A DNA stretch of 64,000 nt, from the UHGV virus genome UHGV-0075239; one strand, given 5' to 3'. Below are positions 20,171-29,054 of this stretch, one piece after another; the first letter of the stretch is position 1, and each line of letters starts with the position of its first letter. Below the pieces are notes generated by a model that saw nothing but the letters and a program-made list of their open reading frames with translations, was not told the origin of the DNA and made no database searches. The translations under genes and the position numbers were made by a program. The stretch comes from a virus.

Positions 20171-21095
20171 TGAGGTTGTCGGTCAAAAAGTAAATACGAG
20201 GATTTTGGAGTCGACTTTGGACGACCCATATCACACGATGATATTCCAGGGCACGTCTGGGTGCGGCAAGACGACTGTTGCACGAATCTACGGGAATATG
20301 CTGGACGCGAACATTCTTGAGGTCGACGCGGCATCCAACAACGGCGTGGACAACATGCGCGAGATTCTCGACCTCGTGCGTTTGCAGCCGTTGGTGAACA
20401 AGTATCGGGTGGTCATCATCGACGAGGCACACATGCTGTCCAACGGCGCGTGGAACTCGGCACTGAAAGCAATCGAAGAGCCGAACGATTCCACGATTTG
20501 GATTTTCTGCACGACGGAGTTCAATAAGGTACCGAACACGATTCGCGGTCGCGCGGTGACGTTCAAATATTATCCTGTAAAGGAAGACGTTATCATTGGG
20601 CGGCTCAAGACCATTCTGGAAGCGGAGGGGAAGGAACTCAACGACGAGGTGCTACGCCTTATTGCAGGGAACTGCAACGGGCAGGTACGCGACGCGGTGA
20701 AGAACTTGCAGCAGTGCGTTTACTCCGAAGTCGAAACCGAGGAACAGTTCAACAAACTTTTCGGCATTCCAGACACGGCAGGTATGCGTGCGTTCATCAA
20801 ATCGACGCTTGACAAGCAGCCGAAGAACGGGCTGAAAGTTATCAAGCAGCTTGATGTGGACTTCTTTGACTGGAAATGTCGACTTGAGGGCGTTTTGCTC
20901 GATATGATGATGGCGCATTTCAATATCCAGCCGATGAAGTTGAGGGACGCAAAACAAGCGGCGGCGTTCGCGGAAATCTATGAAGAACATAGCCCGCGCG
21001 TATTCGGTCTGTTCCTCGACAAACTTGCAAGGATTACGGATGCGAGGGACGCAAAGACCAGACTGATTACGCTCTGTCTGACGGGGGTGGACTAA
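20130..21095 (+). CDS. dnaX: clamp loader, DNA polymerase III gamma/tau-like
   Basis: YRPRTFDEVVGQ, G..GCGKTT, EVDAASNNGVD, IIDEAHMLS. Confidence 0.9.
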   Translation: MEKWENVYRPRTFDEVVGQKVNTRILESTLDDPYHTMIFQGTSGCGKTTVARIYGNMLDANILEVDAASNNGVDNMREILDLVRLQPLVNKYRVVIIDEAHMLSNGAWNSALKAIEEPNDSTIWIFCTTEFNKVPNTIRGRAVTFKYYPVKEDVIIGRLKTILEAEGKELNDEVLRLIAGNCNGQVRDAVKNLQQCVYSEVETEEQFNKLFGIPDTAGMRAFIKSTLDKQPKNGLKVIKQLDVDFFDWKCRLEGVLLDMMMAHFNIQPMKLRDAKQAAAFAEIYEEHSPRVFGLFLDKLARITDARDAKTRLITLCLTGVD

Positions 21096-21096
21096 G

Positions 21097-21480
21097 ATGC
21101 CACTGTTCGTAATGCCAAAAAAGAAGGAGAGGACGTTTCCGATTTCCAGGGATATGAAAGTGGTCATCGACTCTGGTCTGCTGACAGAAAGTCAGGTGAA
21201 GAAGTTCGCCGACTTTCCAGAGCTGTTGGAGCTGGAAGTGGAAAACGAGCAGACCTATCCCGACATCTCGGTGCTGGAGAAAGACATTTTCGACGCGGTT
21301 CTGCGCAACGATTATCACAAGTTCTTTCGCTGTGTCGCGCGGGTGGGTGCGCGGGCGGACCTGTTGCCGAGGATTTACAATTGGCTGATTGCCAAAGAGG
21401 ATTTCGACGTCAAGAGGGACCTGCCCTTACTCAAAAGAATCGAAGGCGCGAAGTCGGTTTTCAACATTTTCGATTACTGA
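21097..21480 (+). CDS. hypothetical protein (possible clamp-loader small subunit)
   Basis: Coupled to the dnaX-like gene. Confidence 0.5.
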   Translation: MPLFVMPKKKERTFPISRDMKVVIDSGLLTESQVKKFADFPELLELEVENEQTYPDISVLEKDIFDAVLRNDYHKFFRCVARVGARADLLPRIYNWLIAKEDFDVKRDLPLLKRIEGAKSVFNIFDY

Positions 21481-21519
21481 ACATATTTTCCTATCATCAT
21501 AGTACTGTGGCTGGGAAAT

Positions 21520-21586
21520 CTTTTTGAAAATATTTTTGAGAAAGTTGCGCAAATTGCTTGCGTAATTTTTTCTTTTGTGCTACAGT
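21520..21586 (+). promoter_or_regulatory. sigmaA-type promoter
   Basis: TTGCGT (21558-63), 17 bp, TG.TACAGT (21581-86), AT-rich upstream. Confidence 0.6.
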
Positions 21587-21640
21587 AAATACATCGCTGG
21601 AGGGACTGCGACGTCCAGGCGACTTAGGAGGATTGTACAT

Positions 21641-22435
21641 ATGTTCCGTAACACTTTGAGTGGTTTAACGAAGAGAGAGAAAGAGGTCTTTGACCAGGTG
21701 TGCGTGCACCTGAACGGGCTGATGAATAAGTGGGGCTTGCGCTCACTGGACGGCGAAGAGGACCAACTCTTAATCGACTTGTGGATGGATACCTTTCCGT
21801 ACAAGACTGACGAAAACGGCAATTATGTCTATAGGACAGTTCGTGAGGAAGTCTGGCAGACGGTCAACGGTAAATATACCAAGGTCGTGAAAGAGAAGCA
21901 GGTTCGGGAGCTTGATTTTACGAAATCGCTCATTGAGTCCACGTCGGTCGGCATTTATAAATGGCGTGCCGAGCAGCTGTTCATCAACAAGTGCAAATAC
22001 CTGTTCGGTGACCATCGCGTTCGCAAGATGAACGCGCAGGGCGTAGCCGAAACAACGACGGTAGTCGATGCGTGGGGCAACGAACGCACCCGCGCCGTCT
22101 ACGAGGAAGAGGTCGACCCGAAGAAGGTTAGCAAGAGAGACCTCTCTAAGAACATCAACGAGAGCGACCTTGCTCCCGAAGGCGAAGACCCCATCTCTAT
22201 TGCAGACATCGCGGGAACGGTCGACGGCGGTTACGAGGAATACATGTTCATGGATGCGCTGGAGCGCATTTGTGACGAAACCGAGTTGAAAGTTTGCAAA
22301 AAACTGCTCGGCGGCGATTCGAAGAATCAGGTTTACAAGGATTTCGAAGCGGAGGGCATCAAGTTCACGGCGCGGCAGATGGAAAATCTGAAAGCGAAGT
22401 TACTGCCGATTCTCAAGCCCTCGTACGCAAACTAA
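21641..22435 (+). CDS. possible divergent sigma factor / transcription regulator
   Basis: EDQLLIDLW region-2-like segment and C-terminal region-4-like HTH (E.E.KVCKKLLGG.S..QV). Confidence 0.45.
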   Translation: MFRNTLSGLTKREKEVFDQVCVHLNGLMNKWGLRSLDGEEDQLLIDLWMDTFPYKTDENGNYVYRTVREEVWQTVNGKYTKVVKEKQVRELDFTKSLIESTSVGIYKWRAEQLFINKCKYLFGDHRVRKMNAQGVAETTTVVDAWGNERTRAVYEEEVDPKKVSKRDLSKNINESDLAPEGEDPISIADIAGTVDGGYEEYMFMDALERICDETELKVCKKLLGGDSKNQVYKDFEAEGIKFTARQMENLKAKLLPILKPSYAN

Positions 22436-22448
22436 GGAGGATTTTCAA

Positions 22449-22622
22449 ATGAAGAAGAGAAAAATTTTGTGGGCGATTATCAAGAACGACGCGGGGCAGG
22501 TTTGCCATCGTATTAGGGATGTAGTTCAAGTGGCTCTCGGTCGTAATGAAATGGTGGAAACAACGAAGCAATATATCCGCGAAAATTATGCGGGGTACAC
22601 GGTTGAGTTTGAATTGAAATAA
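22449..22622 (+). CDS. small hypothetical protein (57 aa)
   Basis: AGGAGG RBS, MKKRKILWAII... Confidence 0.55.
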   Translation: MKKRKILWAIIKNDAGQVCHRIRDVVQVALGRNEMVETTKQYIRENYAGYTVEFELK

Positions 22623-22630
22623 AAAGTTTG

Positions 22631-22662
22631 GCGGGATGTGTAAGCATCCCGCTTTCGTTTTG
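22631..22662 (+). terminator. intrinsic terminator
   Basis: GCGGGATG-tgtaag-CATCCCGC followed by T-rich tract. Confidence 0.7.
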
Positions 22663-22821
22663 TATTATTTAATGAGGGTTGAAGGCGAGGTTATATTTTA
22701 AGAATTAGACCCTTAGCGAAAAGGTTTCACGATTGCAAGGAAATTCGCAAACCTTGTATACTGAAATAGGAAGTCCGTTTGCTAAATGCGGAACCAATCT
22801 AAATAAAAAGGAGAATGTAAA

Positions 22822-23424
22822 ATGGATTTAGCGAAATTTGCACAAATGCCACCTGAGAACAACGGAGCGTTTCTGAAGTTCACGCCGAAGGAGAACATCA
22901 AGATTGTTCGTTTCTGCTACGAGAAGCCCGAGGACATTCAGTGCCGTCAGAAACTCTACGACCCCGCGACCAAGAAGGTTATCTGGGACACGCCCGAAGG
23001 CAAATGGACCATGTCATTGAAAGTCGCGGTATATACCAGCAAGTCGGCTTTCGAAATGATGACTTGGGACAGGTCGGCGCGGTTCGGTGCGGACACGCTG
23101 TTGCCCTTATTCGAAGCGGCTGGCGGAGACATCATCGACACCGTCTACAAGATTACCTGCTCGAAGGCGGGCACGCTCGACGCGACCTACTCGTTTTTCC
23201 CGCTGAAGGATAGCGACGCGTATGCGATGCCCGAGCTTACTCCCGCCGAAGGAGAAGCCGAGGAAGAAGACGAAGAGGTCGAAGAAGAGGAAGCGGCGGA
23301 AGAGGAAGAGGCTCCCGCAGCGGTTTCGGGAAAGAAGCCCGCAGCGGCAAAACCTGCTCCCGCGCCCGCGAAGACACCTGCGGCGGCAGCCCCCAAGAAA
23401 AAGAAAAATTTCTGGGAAGAGTAA
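22822..23424 (+). CDS. phage ssDNA-binding protein-like (OB fold, acidic tail)
   Basis: FLK......IVRF, YKIT..G..DATY.F.P, acidic then Ala/Pro/Lys tail ending FWEE. Confidence 0.55.
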   Translation: MDLAKFAQMPPENNGAFLKFTPKENIKIVRFCYEKPEDIQCRQKLYDPATKKVIWDTPEGKWTMSLKVAVYTSKSAFEMMTWDRSARFGADTLLPLFEAAGGDIIDTVYKITCSKAGTLDATYSFFPLKDSDAYAMPELTPAEGEAEEEDEEVEEEEAAEEEEAPAAVSGKKPAAAKPAPAPAKTPAAAAPKKKKNFWEE

Positions 23425-23431
23425 GGCGGCG

Positions 23432-23465
23432 GAAAAGAGGACAGCGAGAGCCGTCCTCTTTTCTT
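23432..23465 (+). terminator. intrinsic terminator
   Basis: GAAAAGAGGAC...GTCCTCTTTTC inverted repeat. Confidence 0.65.
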
Positions 23466-23511
23466 ACCCACTTTATTCGCGCCGTTGTATACGTAAGCGG
23501 AGGCAAGTTTT

Positions 23512-23889
23512 ATGTACGATTTTGAACGCAAATTATTCAAGTGCTTTCCAGGTAGCATTATCAACGACAACGAGGAGTTCATAGCGCACCGTGAAAGCAA
23601 CACGTACTTTATTTTGAATTGTTGCGCGTGCGAGCGCGATGTTCAAGCCAAACTACTCATATGCTTTTCGCGTGCGGCTTTCAAGACCGTTTATGGAACG
23701 GACGACGCAAAGAGCGAGGCACTGCACGACTTTATCTCGCGCGGCGTTAACCGTTATCTGGGCACGGACTTTCCGGCGGCTGACTGGGAAGACATTTACG
23801 TCAAGTTGGGCAACGGGTGTAACAGAGACCTATGCAACCGTTTCATCAACAGCGGATTTGATATGACCTTATTGCGAGGCGAGAAATGA
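23512..23889 (+). CDS. hypothetical protein
   Basis: 125 aa, GGAGG RBS. Confidence 0.6.
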   Translation: MYDFERKLFKCFPGSIINDNEEFIAHRESNTYFILNCCACERDVQAKLLICFSRAAFKTVYGTDDAKSEALHDFISRGVNRYLGTDFPAADWEDIYVKLGNGCNRDLCNRFINSGFDMTLLRGEK

Positions 23890-24041
23890 CGACGGCGGAG
23901 AAGTGGCGGGAAGCCGCCCGCAAGCACGATGAGCGTGCAAAGATTTTGGAAAAGGTCGGCAAGCCGAACGAGGCGCAACAGGAGCGTGAAGCGGCGAACC
24001 GCGCAAGAGCGAATGCGAAAAAGTGGGAGGTTAGAGTATGA
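23886..24041 (+). CDS. small helical hypothetical protein (51 aa)
   Basis: ATGA overlaps at both ends; MTTAEKWREAARK... Confidence 0.5.
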   Translation: MTTAEKWREAARKHDERAKILEKVGKPNEAQQEREAANRARANAKKWEVRV

Positions 24042-24667
24042 CGGCGAAAGAGGAATTCCTCAAATTCATAAACAACGCGAGCGACCAAACTCTGGCGATG
24101 GTGTTTTACCTCTGCAAGCGTTATTTGCCCGAAAAGGTAGATGACTACAAAGAGGTTGCGAGCGGCGAGTTCATTGCCGAGCTGGTCAAGGAAATGAACA
24201 CGGAGCGCAGCGAGGACGACCTCAAAGAAAGCGGTTCAGCTCCCGAACTTACTCACAACGAGCGTTTTCTTGGCGTGTTCGACTCGCTGGTGAGCATCAG
24301 AACCTCGCCGAGGGACGGGGACACTGCGGTGCTGTCTGGCGCGGAGACTCACTGGGTGTTCTTTAACGGCACTTGGAGTTGTGTCGACAAAACGCCGATT
24401 ACGGTTCGTACAACCCAGACGCTTTACTTCGACTATGACGGAGATACGTGGGACGTTGAGAGTCCTAAAGCCTGGATGTATCCCAATGTCGCGGGCAAGG
24501 ACTATGCGGTTCTGCGCAAGGGTTCTATTCTTGTGTTCGACTACGACGAGTGGGAGCTGGGTCGGCTCAAGTTCAAGGGCAAGACTCTGGACGGGAAAAG
24601 CACAATCACGTTCAGCAGTCCGACTGCTATGTTCGGCTCTGGTTGGTTCGAGGAGGTAAAGAAATGA
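24038..24667 (+). CDS. hypothetical protein
   Basis: 209 aa, GGAGG RBS. Confidence 0.6.
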   Translation: MTAKEEFLKFINNASDQTLAMVFYLCKRYLPEKVDDYKEVASGEFIAELVKEMNTERSEDDLKESGSAPELTHNERFLGVFDSLVSIRTSPRDGDTAVLSGAETHWVFFNGTWSCVDKTPITVRTTQTLYFDYDGDTWDVESPKAWMYPNVAGKDYAVLRKGSILVFDYDEWELGRLKFKGKTLDGKSTITFSSPTAMFGSGWFEEVKK

Positions 24668-25203
24668 AACTTGATTTAATCACACCGCCGTTCGAGCGGA
24701 AAATCGCAGCCGATTTTGTCGTGTTCAAGGGCAAGCCTGTCGAGCCGCAGGAAGACCCCGAGGGTTTCCTCGCGGGTGACCCATACGTTTACGGCTACTT
24801 AACCAAACGCCGCAACACCGAAGAGAATCCAGCATACCTGAAATACTGCATCGAGCGAGAGGAAAAGGGTGTGATGATGTCGTACATCTGCATACCCGAA
24901 ACCATTCGGCAATGGTCTGGCGCGGTCGACCGAAAACATCAAATGATTTTCGACGGCGACATCGTGCTGTGGTACTTCAACGACCACGGCGGGAATGACC
25001 GAGTGCTGGCGTATGAAGTCACCTGCCGAAACGAGTATCAAGAGTACCTGCCTTGCGGGTTTCTACTGAAAGGAACGTTAAAGCCGCTTTCGCGCGAGGT
25101 CATGGACGATTTGGAGGTTGTGGGCAACGTGTACGACAACCCCGACCTTATTGCCGAATACAAGGCAAAGGACGACGCGCTCGCAGACAAGCGTTCGTAT
25201 TAA
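24664..25203 (+). CDS. YopX family protein
   Basis: PETI.QW.G..D.....IFDGDIV, LEVVGNVYDNPDL. Confidence 0.85.
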   Translation: MKLDLITPPFERKIAADFVVFKGKPVEPQEDPEGFLAGDPYVYGYLTKRRNTEENPAYLKYCIEREEKGVMMSYICIPETIRQWSGAVDRKHQMIFDGDIVLWYFNDHGGNDRVLAYEVTCRNEYQEYLPCGFLLKGTLKPLSREVMDDLEVVGNVYDNPDLIAEYKAKDDALADKRSY

Positions 25204-25212
25204 GGAGGAGCT

Positions 25213-25326
25213 ATGACCTGTCCGAAATGCGGTGCGAGCTGCACGGTTCACACTGTCGAGACGATATTCACGTACGGTCGGCGTTGGTGCTGTACGCGGT
25301 GCAATTGGATGTCGAAGCCATTTTGA
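25213..25326 (+). CDS. small Zn-ribbon protein (37 aa)
   Basis: AAGGAGG RBS, MTCPKCG...CTRCNW. Confidence 0.55.
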   Translation: MTCPKCGASCTVHTVETIFTYGRRWCCTRCNWMSKPF

Positions 25327-25387
25327 TTACCGACGGTGGATATTTTATCCACCGTTTTTGGTATAATATGAGTACGGAGATTTAATT

Positions 25388-26728
25388 ATGTCAATGATAT
25401 TTTCACAAGGCTTTAATGACACTGCGTTGCGCTTTGAAAAGATTAACCATCACAAGCGTGCGTATGACCTGCAAATGGTCGGTGATGTTGTCATCGGCGG
25501 GGACGAGCTGGTGGTGGACGGTGATGCCGTTCTGGTGTCCGACTCGATTCTGTTTGATGGCACAGACTTTCGACCACTGGTCACAGGGTGCATCAAGTCG
25601 TTCGCCAATGTGGACGGGGTGGTGGGTTTCCTCAACTACGATACCAAGACCAGAGAGCTTTTGGTGGTGGGGGATTATCTCGGTCGCGTGCCACTGTATT
25701 ACTACCGCCAGAAGAATTTGTTCGGCAACAAGATTCTCATCGCCAGTGAGCTCAAATGCTTTTTCGGCTTGCCGTTGAAGGACGTCAAACTGCTGGGGAT
25801 GGGCGAGTATATTACGATGCGGGACGGTATGTTCTACGTCGGCTCTTACTCGACCATAAGCAGGGAACTGATAGCGGACGATGGCACTGATGAGTCGGTG
25901 CTGACGAGCATTCGCAACCTGTTGACGTCGGCGGTTGCGAAGATTGTAAACAACACCAACGGGATGTGCGTGTTCCTCTCTGGCGGCGTTGACAGCACGG
26001 TGTGTGCGGCTCTGGCGAAGAAGTTCAAGCCCGACATAACGGCGTACACGTTCTCAGTCGGTGACAAAGGCAAAGCCGACCTTTACTATGCGAGACGGGC
26101 AGCGGCGGAGTTAGACATTCCGCTGACCGAGGTCATTGTGACGCAGGAGCAGGTGCTGGCTGACCTCAACGAGATTATCTATTTCAACGAGGACTCGAAT
26201 TGGACTCAAATCACGAGCGCGGTCGGTCAATACTATCTTGCCAAAGCCGCCGCCAAAGACGGATTCATTACCGCGCTGTGCGGTGACCTGTCCGACGAGA
26301 TTTTTGCAAGTTATCCGCAGATTGAGCGGTGGTCGTGGCGCGACGAGCAGTATGTGGACGCGAGAACGAAACTCATCAACAAGGCGTGGATTAATCCGAA
26401 CCGTTCGGTAAAGGTTATGCTCAACGCTGGCGGGATTTCGTACGTCGACCCATTCAGCGACCGCGAGTTTCTCGAGTTCGCAAGCAACGTGCCGCCGAGA
26501 TTCAAGGACGGCAAGTTACAGGGCAAGCGCGTGAACAAATGGCTGTTGCGCTCTGCGTTCAACGACCTTATTCCGACAGAAATCGCGACACGTGCGAAAG
26601 GATGTCAAGGGGCGGTGAGTTTTGTCGACGAGATTTTCAACTCGCCAGAAGGCAAGAAGTTGATAAAGGATACCTATGAGTCGATGTTCAATCACGACGG
26701 GAAGATTGTGAACGTGGTGAAGAGATGA
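25388..26728 (+). CDS. asparagine synthase-like ATP-dependent amide ligase
   Basis: D.LGRVPLYY, ASELK, FLSGGVDS PP-loop, G..SDE.F..Y, PF.D, KWLLRSAF; N-terminus MSMI lacks the catalytic Cys. Confidence 0.85.
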   Translation: MSMIFSQGFNDTALRFEKINHHKRAYDLQMVGDVVIGGDELVVDGDAVLVSDSILFDGTDFRPLVTGCIKSFANVDGVVGFLNYDTKTRELLVVGDYLGRVPLYYYRQKNLFGNKILIASELKCFFGLPLKDVKLLGMGEYITMRDGMFYVGSYSTISRELIADDGTDESVLTSIRNLLTSAVAKIVNNTNGMCVFLSGGVDSTVCAALAKKFKPDITAYTFSVGDKGKADLYYARRAAAELDIPLTEVIVTQEQVLADLNEIIYFNEDSNWTQITSAVGQYYLAKAAAKDGFITALCGDLSDEIFASYPQIERWSWRDEQYVDARTKLINKAWINPNRSVKVMLNAGGISYVDPFSDREFLEFASNVPPRFKDGKLQGKRVNKWLLRSAFNDLIPTEIATRAKGCQGAVSFVDEIFNSPEGKKLIKDTYESMFNHDGKIVNVVKR

Positions 26729-27126
26729 TAATCGATTTTTGGGTTAACAAGTTGGGGCGTTCGGTTCAACTCGATGTTTCGGAGGACGGGAAAGTCATTA
26801 GGGACGTAGAGCGAGATTATGTTTACAAGCAGGATTGCAATTCGGACGGCTACCTTACTGTTCGGGTGCGCCACGTTCGCACGACTGTTCATCGTCTGGT
26901 CGCGCTCGCTTTTTTGGGTGAACGCCCAGAAGGAATGGTGATTGACCATATCGACCGCGACAAGACAAACAACCATATTTCGAATCTGCGGTACTGCTCG
27001 TTGAGCGAAAACAGCAAGAACATTTCAGAAGAAACAATTAGGGTTTCGACTGAGAGAATTGTAGAAGCACAAAAGATAGTTGCGAATGCTCGGCGTGGGG
27101 TTCGCAAGGCAGAGTGGAGGTTTTAA
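26725..27126 (+). CDS. HNH homing endonuclease
   Basis: VHRLVA.AF, IDHIDRDKTNNHISNLRY. Confidence 0.9.
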   Translation: MIIDFWVNKLGRSVQLDVSEDGKVIRDVERDYVYKQDCNSDGYLTVRVRHVRTTVHRLVALAFLGERPEGMVIDHIDRDKTNNHISNLRYCSLSENSKNISEETIRVSTERIVEAQKIVANARRGVRKAEWRF

Positions 27127-27938
27127 TGACAACTTACGCAGATGAGCTTATTATTCGATACGTCAGCGGAATGCGCTCAGCGATTGACTACGAGCGTATG
27201 GTGATGTATCCGAACAAGATGGACACGAAAGACATCCGCGCGTATGACAAAGACTTCTACGACCCGACGGCTACAAAGATTTCGTACTTCTACGTAACGG
27301 AAAAGCGACCCGAGGTCAAGTCGGCAAGCAAGATGCCAGCCGAGGTGTCCTTAATCAACAAAGAGTTCGTAGACAATCCGCGCTCGCAAAACTACAATAT
27401 GGCGTATCAAGTTCGCCGCTGGGGTAAGTCGGCAATTGAAATCAGGCAGGACACCCCGACGTTGGAGGAACTATTCCACTTCATAAAGAATTGGGACAAC
27501 ACGTCTGGCAAGAAATACGGGGCGCGGCTTGCGAGTTCGTACGATAAGAACTTTTTCGCGCACCACCTCGCTGAGGTTCGCGACCGAGTGCAGACGTTGT
27601 ACTTCTGGCTGGACGGTAAGTTGGTCGGCTACTCTATTTTGGAGATTCCGAATGGAGAGGAGCGTGATGGCGGATACTTGGTGTCACGGTATGGACCTCG
27701 AAAGGTGGATATCACTGCGGGTTCGAATCTCTGCCAATACGTGGACTATATGGCAATGAAGCATTTGCACTTGCAATGCGAGCAGATGTTCGGCAACGGA
27801 GACTTTATTCTGCACTGGGGTGCGGCGGAGAAGGGCATTCGACTTTACGAGCGCAGGAACTTTCCAAACTACCGCGAGGACATTTATCTGCAATATGTAC
27901 TGCACCCAGTTCAAGTGCGGAACAGAACTTTGTTCTAA
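27126..27938 (+). CDS. GNAT-fold protein resembling DUF2156/Fem-type aminoacyl-tRNA-dependent transferases
   Basis: LDGKLVGYSILE ... RKVD ... LCQYVD ... ILHWG...GIRLYE..FP parallels DUF2156 VDGKIVAF.IGE ... EKAD ... YQ.IN ... IN..ED.G..GLR..K..Y.P. Confidence 0.55.
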   Translation: MTTYADELIIRYVSGMRSAIDYERMVMYPNKMDTKDIRAYDKDFYDPTATKISYFYVTEKRPEVKSASKMPAEVSLINKEFVDNPRSQNYNMAYQVRRWGKSAIEIRQDTPTLEELFHFIKNWDNTSGKKYGARLASSYDKNFFAHHLAEVRDRVQTLYFWLDGKLVGYSILEIPNGEERDGGYLVSRYGPRKVDITAGSNLCQYVDYMAMKHLHLQCEQMFGNGDFILHWGAAEKGIRLYERRNFPNYREDIYLQYVLHPVQVRNRTLF

Positions 27939-27952
27939 CGGCTATTTTAATT

Positions 27953-28096
27953 ATGAAGCATCGAAATCTTAAAGCGGTTAATTCGACCTGTCGTATCTGG
28001 GGCAAGAGCCCTCGTGCGTGCAAGAAAGTCTACACCAGAATTATGCGGGCGCGTGTCAATCAATCGGTGAGGAAGGAGTTAAGCGATGAGCGATAA
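27953..28096 (+). CDS. small basic hypothetical protein
   Basis: 47 aa after GCTATTTTAA motif. Confidence 0.4.
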   Translation: MKHRNLKAVNSTCRIWGKSPRACKKVYTRIMRARVNQSVRKELSDER

Positions 28097-28352
28097 AAAG
28101 CAAAAGCAGTTTCAAGTCAAGATTCTGTTCGACCGTCAGGAGTCGAATCTGTTCGGCGGTCTGGGTGCGCAAGGCGTGACCCTAATCTTGGACGAGCCGA
28201 CTAAGAACACGGTGCTTGACCATTTCCTCAAGCAGGAGAGCGTTCTCACGGTGACGTTGAACGATTTTTCCACGCGGTACATCAATACAAAGAATATTCT
28301 TTACATTGATGTAACTGAGGCGGCAAGTGAGGGAGAGAAGAGTGACGTTTAA
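28086..28352 (+). CDS. hypothetical protein
   Basis: 88 aa, AAGGAG RBS. Confidence 0.55.
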   Translation: MSDKKQKQFQVKILFDRQESNLFGGLGAQGVTLILDEPTKNTVLDHFLKQESVLTVTLNDFSTRYINTKNILYIDVTEAASEGEKSDV

Positions 28353-28749
28353 GTCTGTTCCGAGTTTGTTGAATCTTTATGAGATTTCAGACTGTGGCAC
28401 TGTGTTACGGGATTGCGAAACTAAGAAGCAGGTTCGTTTTTACGATGGTAATTATATCTGGTGCTATATACGGGATGTTCGACTCGCGGGGTTGCAAAAG
28501 GCTAAATTTTCAATGCACGACAAAAAGCCAAGAATAACTGTATATGTTCATCAGCTGGTAGCTGAGGCTTGGATTGGTGAGAAGCCGCAGGGTATGGTGG
28601 TCGACCACATTGACAGGAATCGAAAGAATAACCACTTTACTAATTTGCGCTTTCTGACTTATTTAGGGAATTGGGATAATCAAGAAGAGGAAAAGAAAGA
28701 GGAGTTGAGGGCAATGCGCCGTTCGATGAAGTATGGGAGAGCCAAATGA
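28342..28749 (+). CDS. HNH homing endonuclease
   Basis: LYEISD.G, VHQLVAEAW, VDHIDRNRKNNHFTNLRF. Confidence 0.85.
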   Translation: MTFKSVPSLLNLYEISDCGTVLRDCETKKQVRFYDGNYIWCYIRDVRLAGLQKAKFSMHDKKPRITVYVHQLVAEAWIGEKPQGMVVDHIDRNRKNNHFTNLRFLTYLGNWDNQEEEKKEELRAMRRSMKYGRAK

Positions 28750-29054
28750 AAGTAGAACGGATTGCTAGGGCGTTAGGCTCTAAACTCATATCAATCCATT
28801 TTAAGAACGGCGGCACGCTGATGGTGGGTGACGAAACGACGTATCCAGCGGAATCTCTATTGCACGCCAAGGGATTGATGGAGCTGGAAGTGGTAAATAT
28901 GGAGCAAGGCAGGGCGTTGGCTTTCGCGGTCACCCCGATTGGAATTATGGGAGCATCTATCCCTGTCAAGGAGCTGTTCGTGGACAAGAATTTCCTTGAT
29001 GTAGAAACAAGCAAAACTATGGGAGTATGTTATGACGAAGACGAAAAATCTTAA
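28746..29054 (+). CDS. hypothetical protein
   Basis: 102 aa, coupled. Confidence 0.5.
   Translation: MKVERIARALGSKLISIHFKNGGTLMVGDETTYPAESLLHAKGLMELEVVNMEQGRALAFAVTPIGIMGASIPVKELFVDKNFLDVETSKTMGVCYDEDEKS

Noticed and set aside
22660..22820. Structured autoregulatory leader before the SSB-like gene
   Set aside because: Only short imperfect stems mixed with promoter motifs; too weak to call
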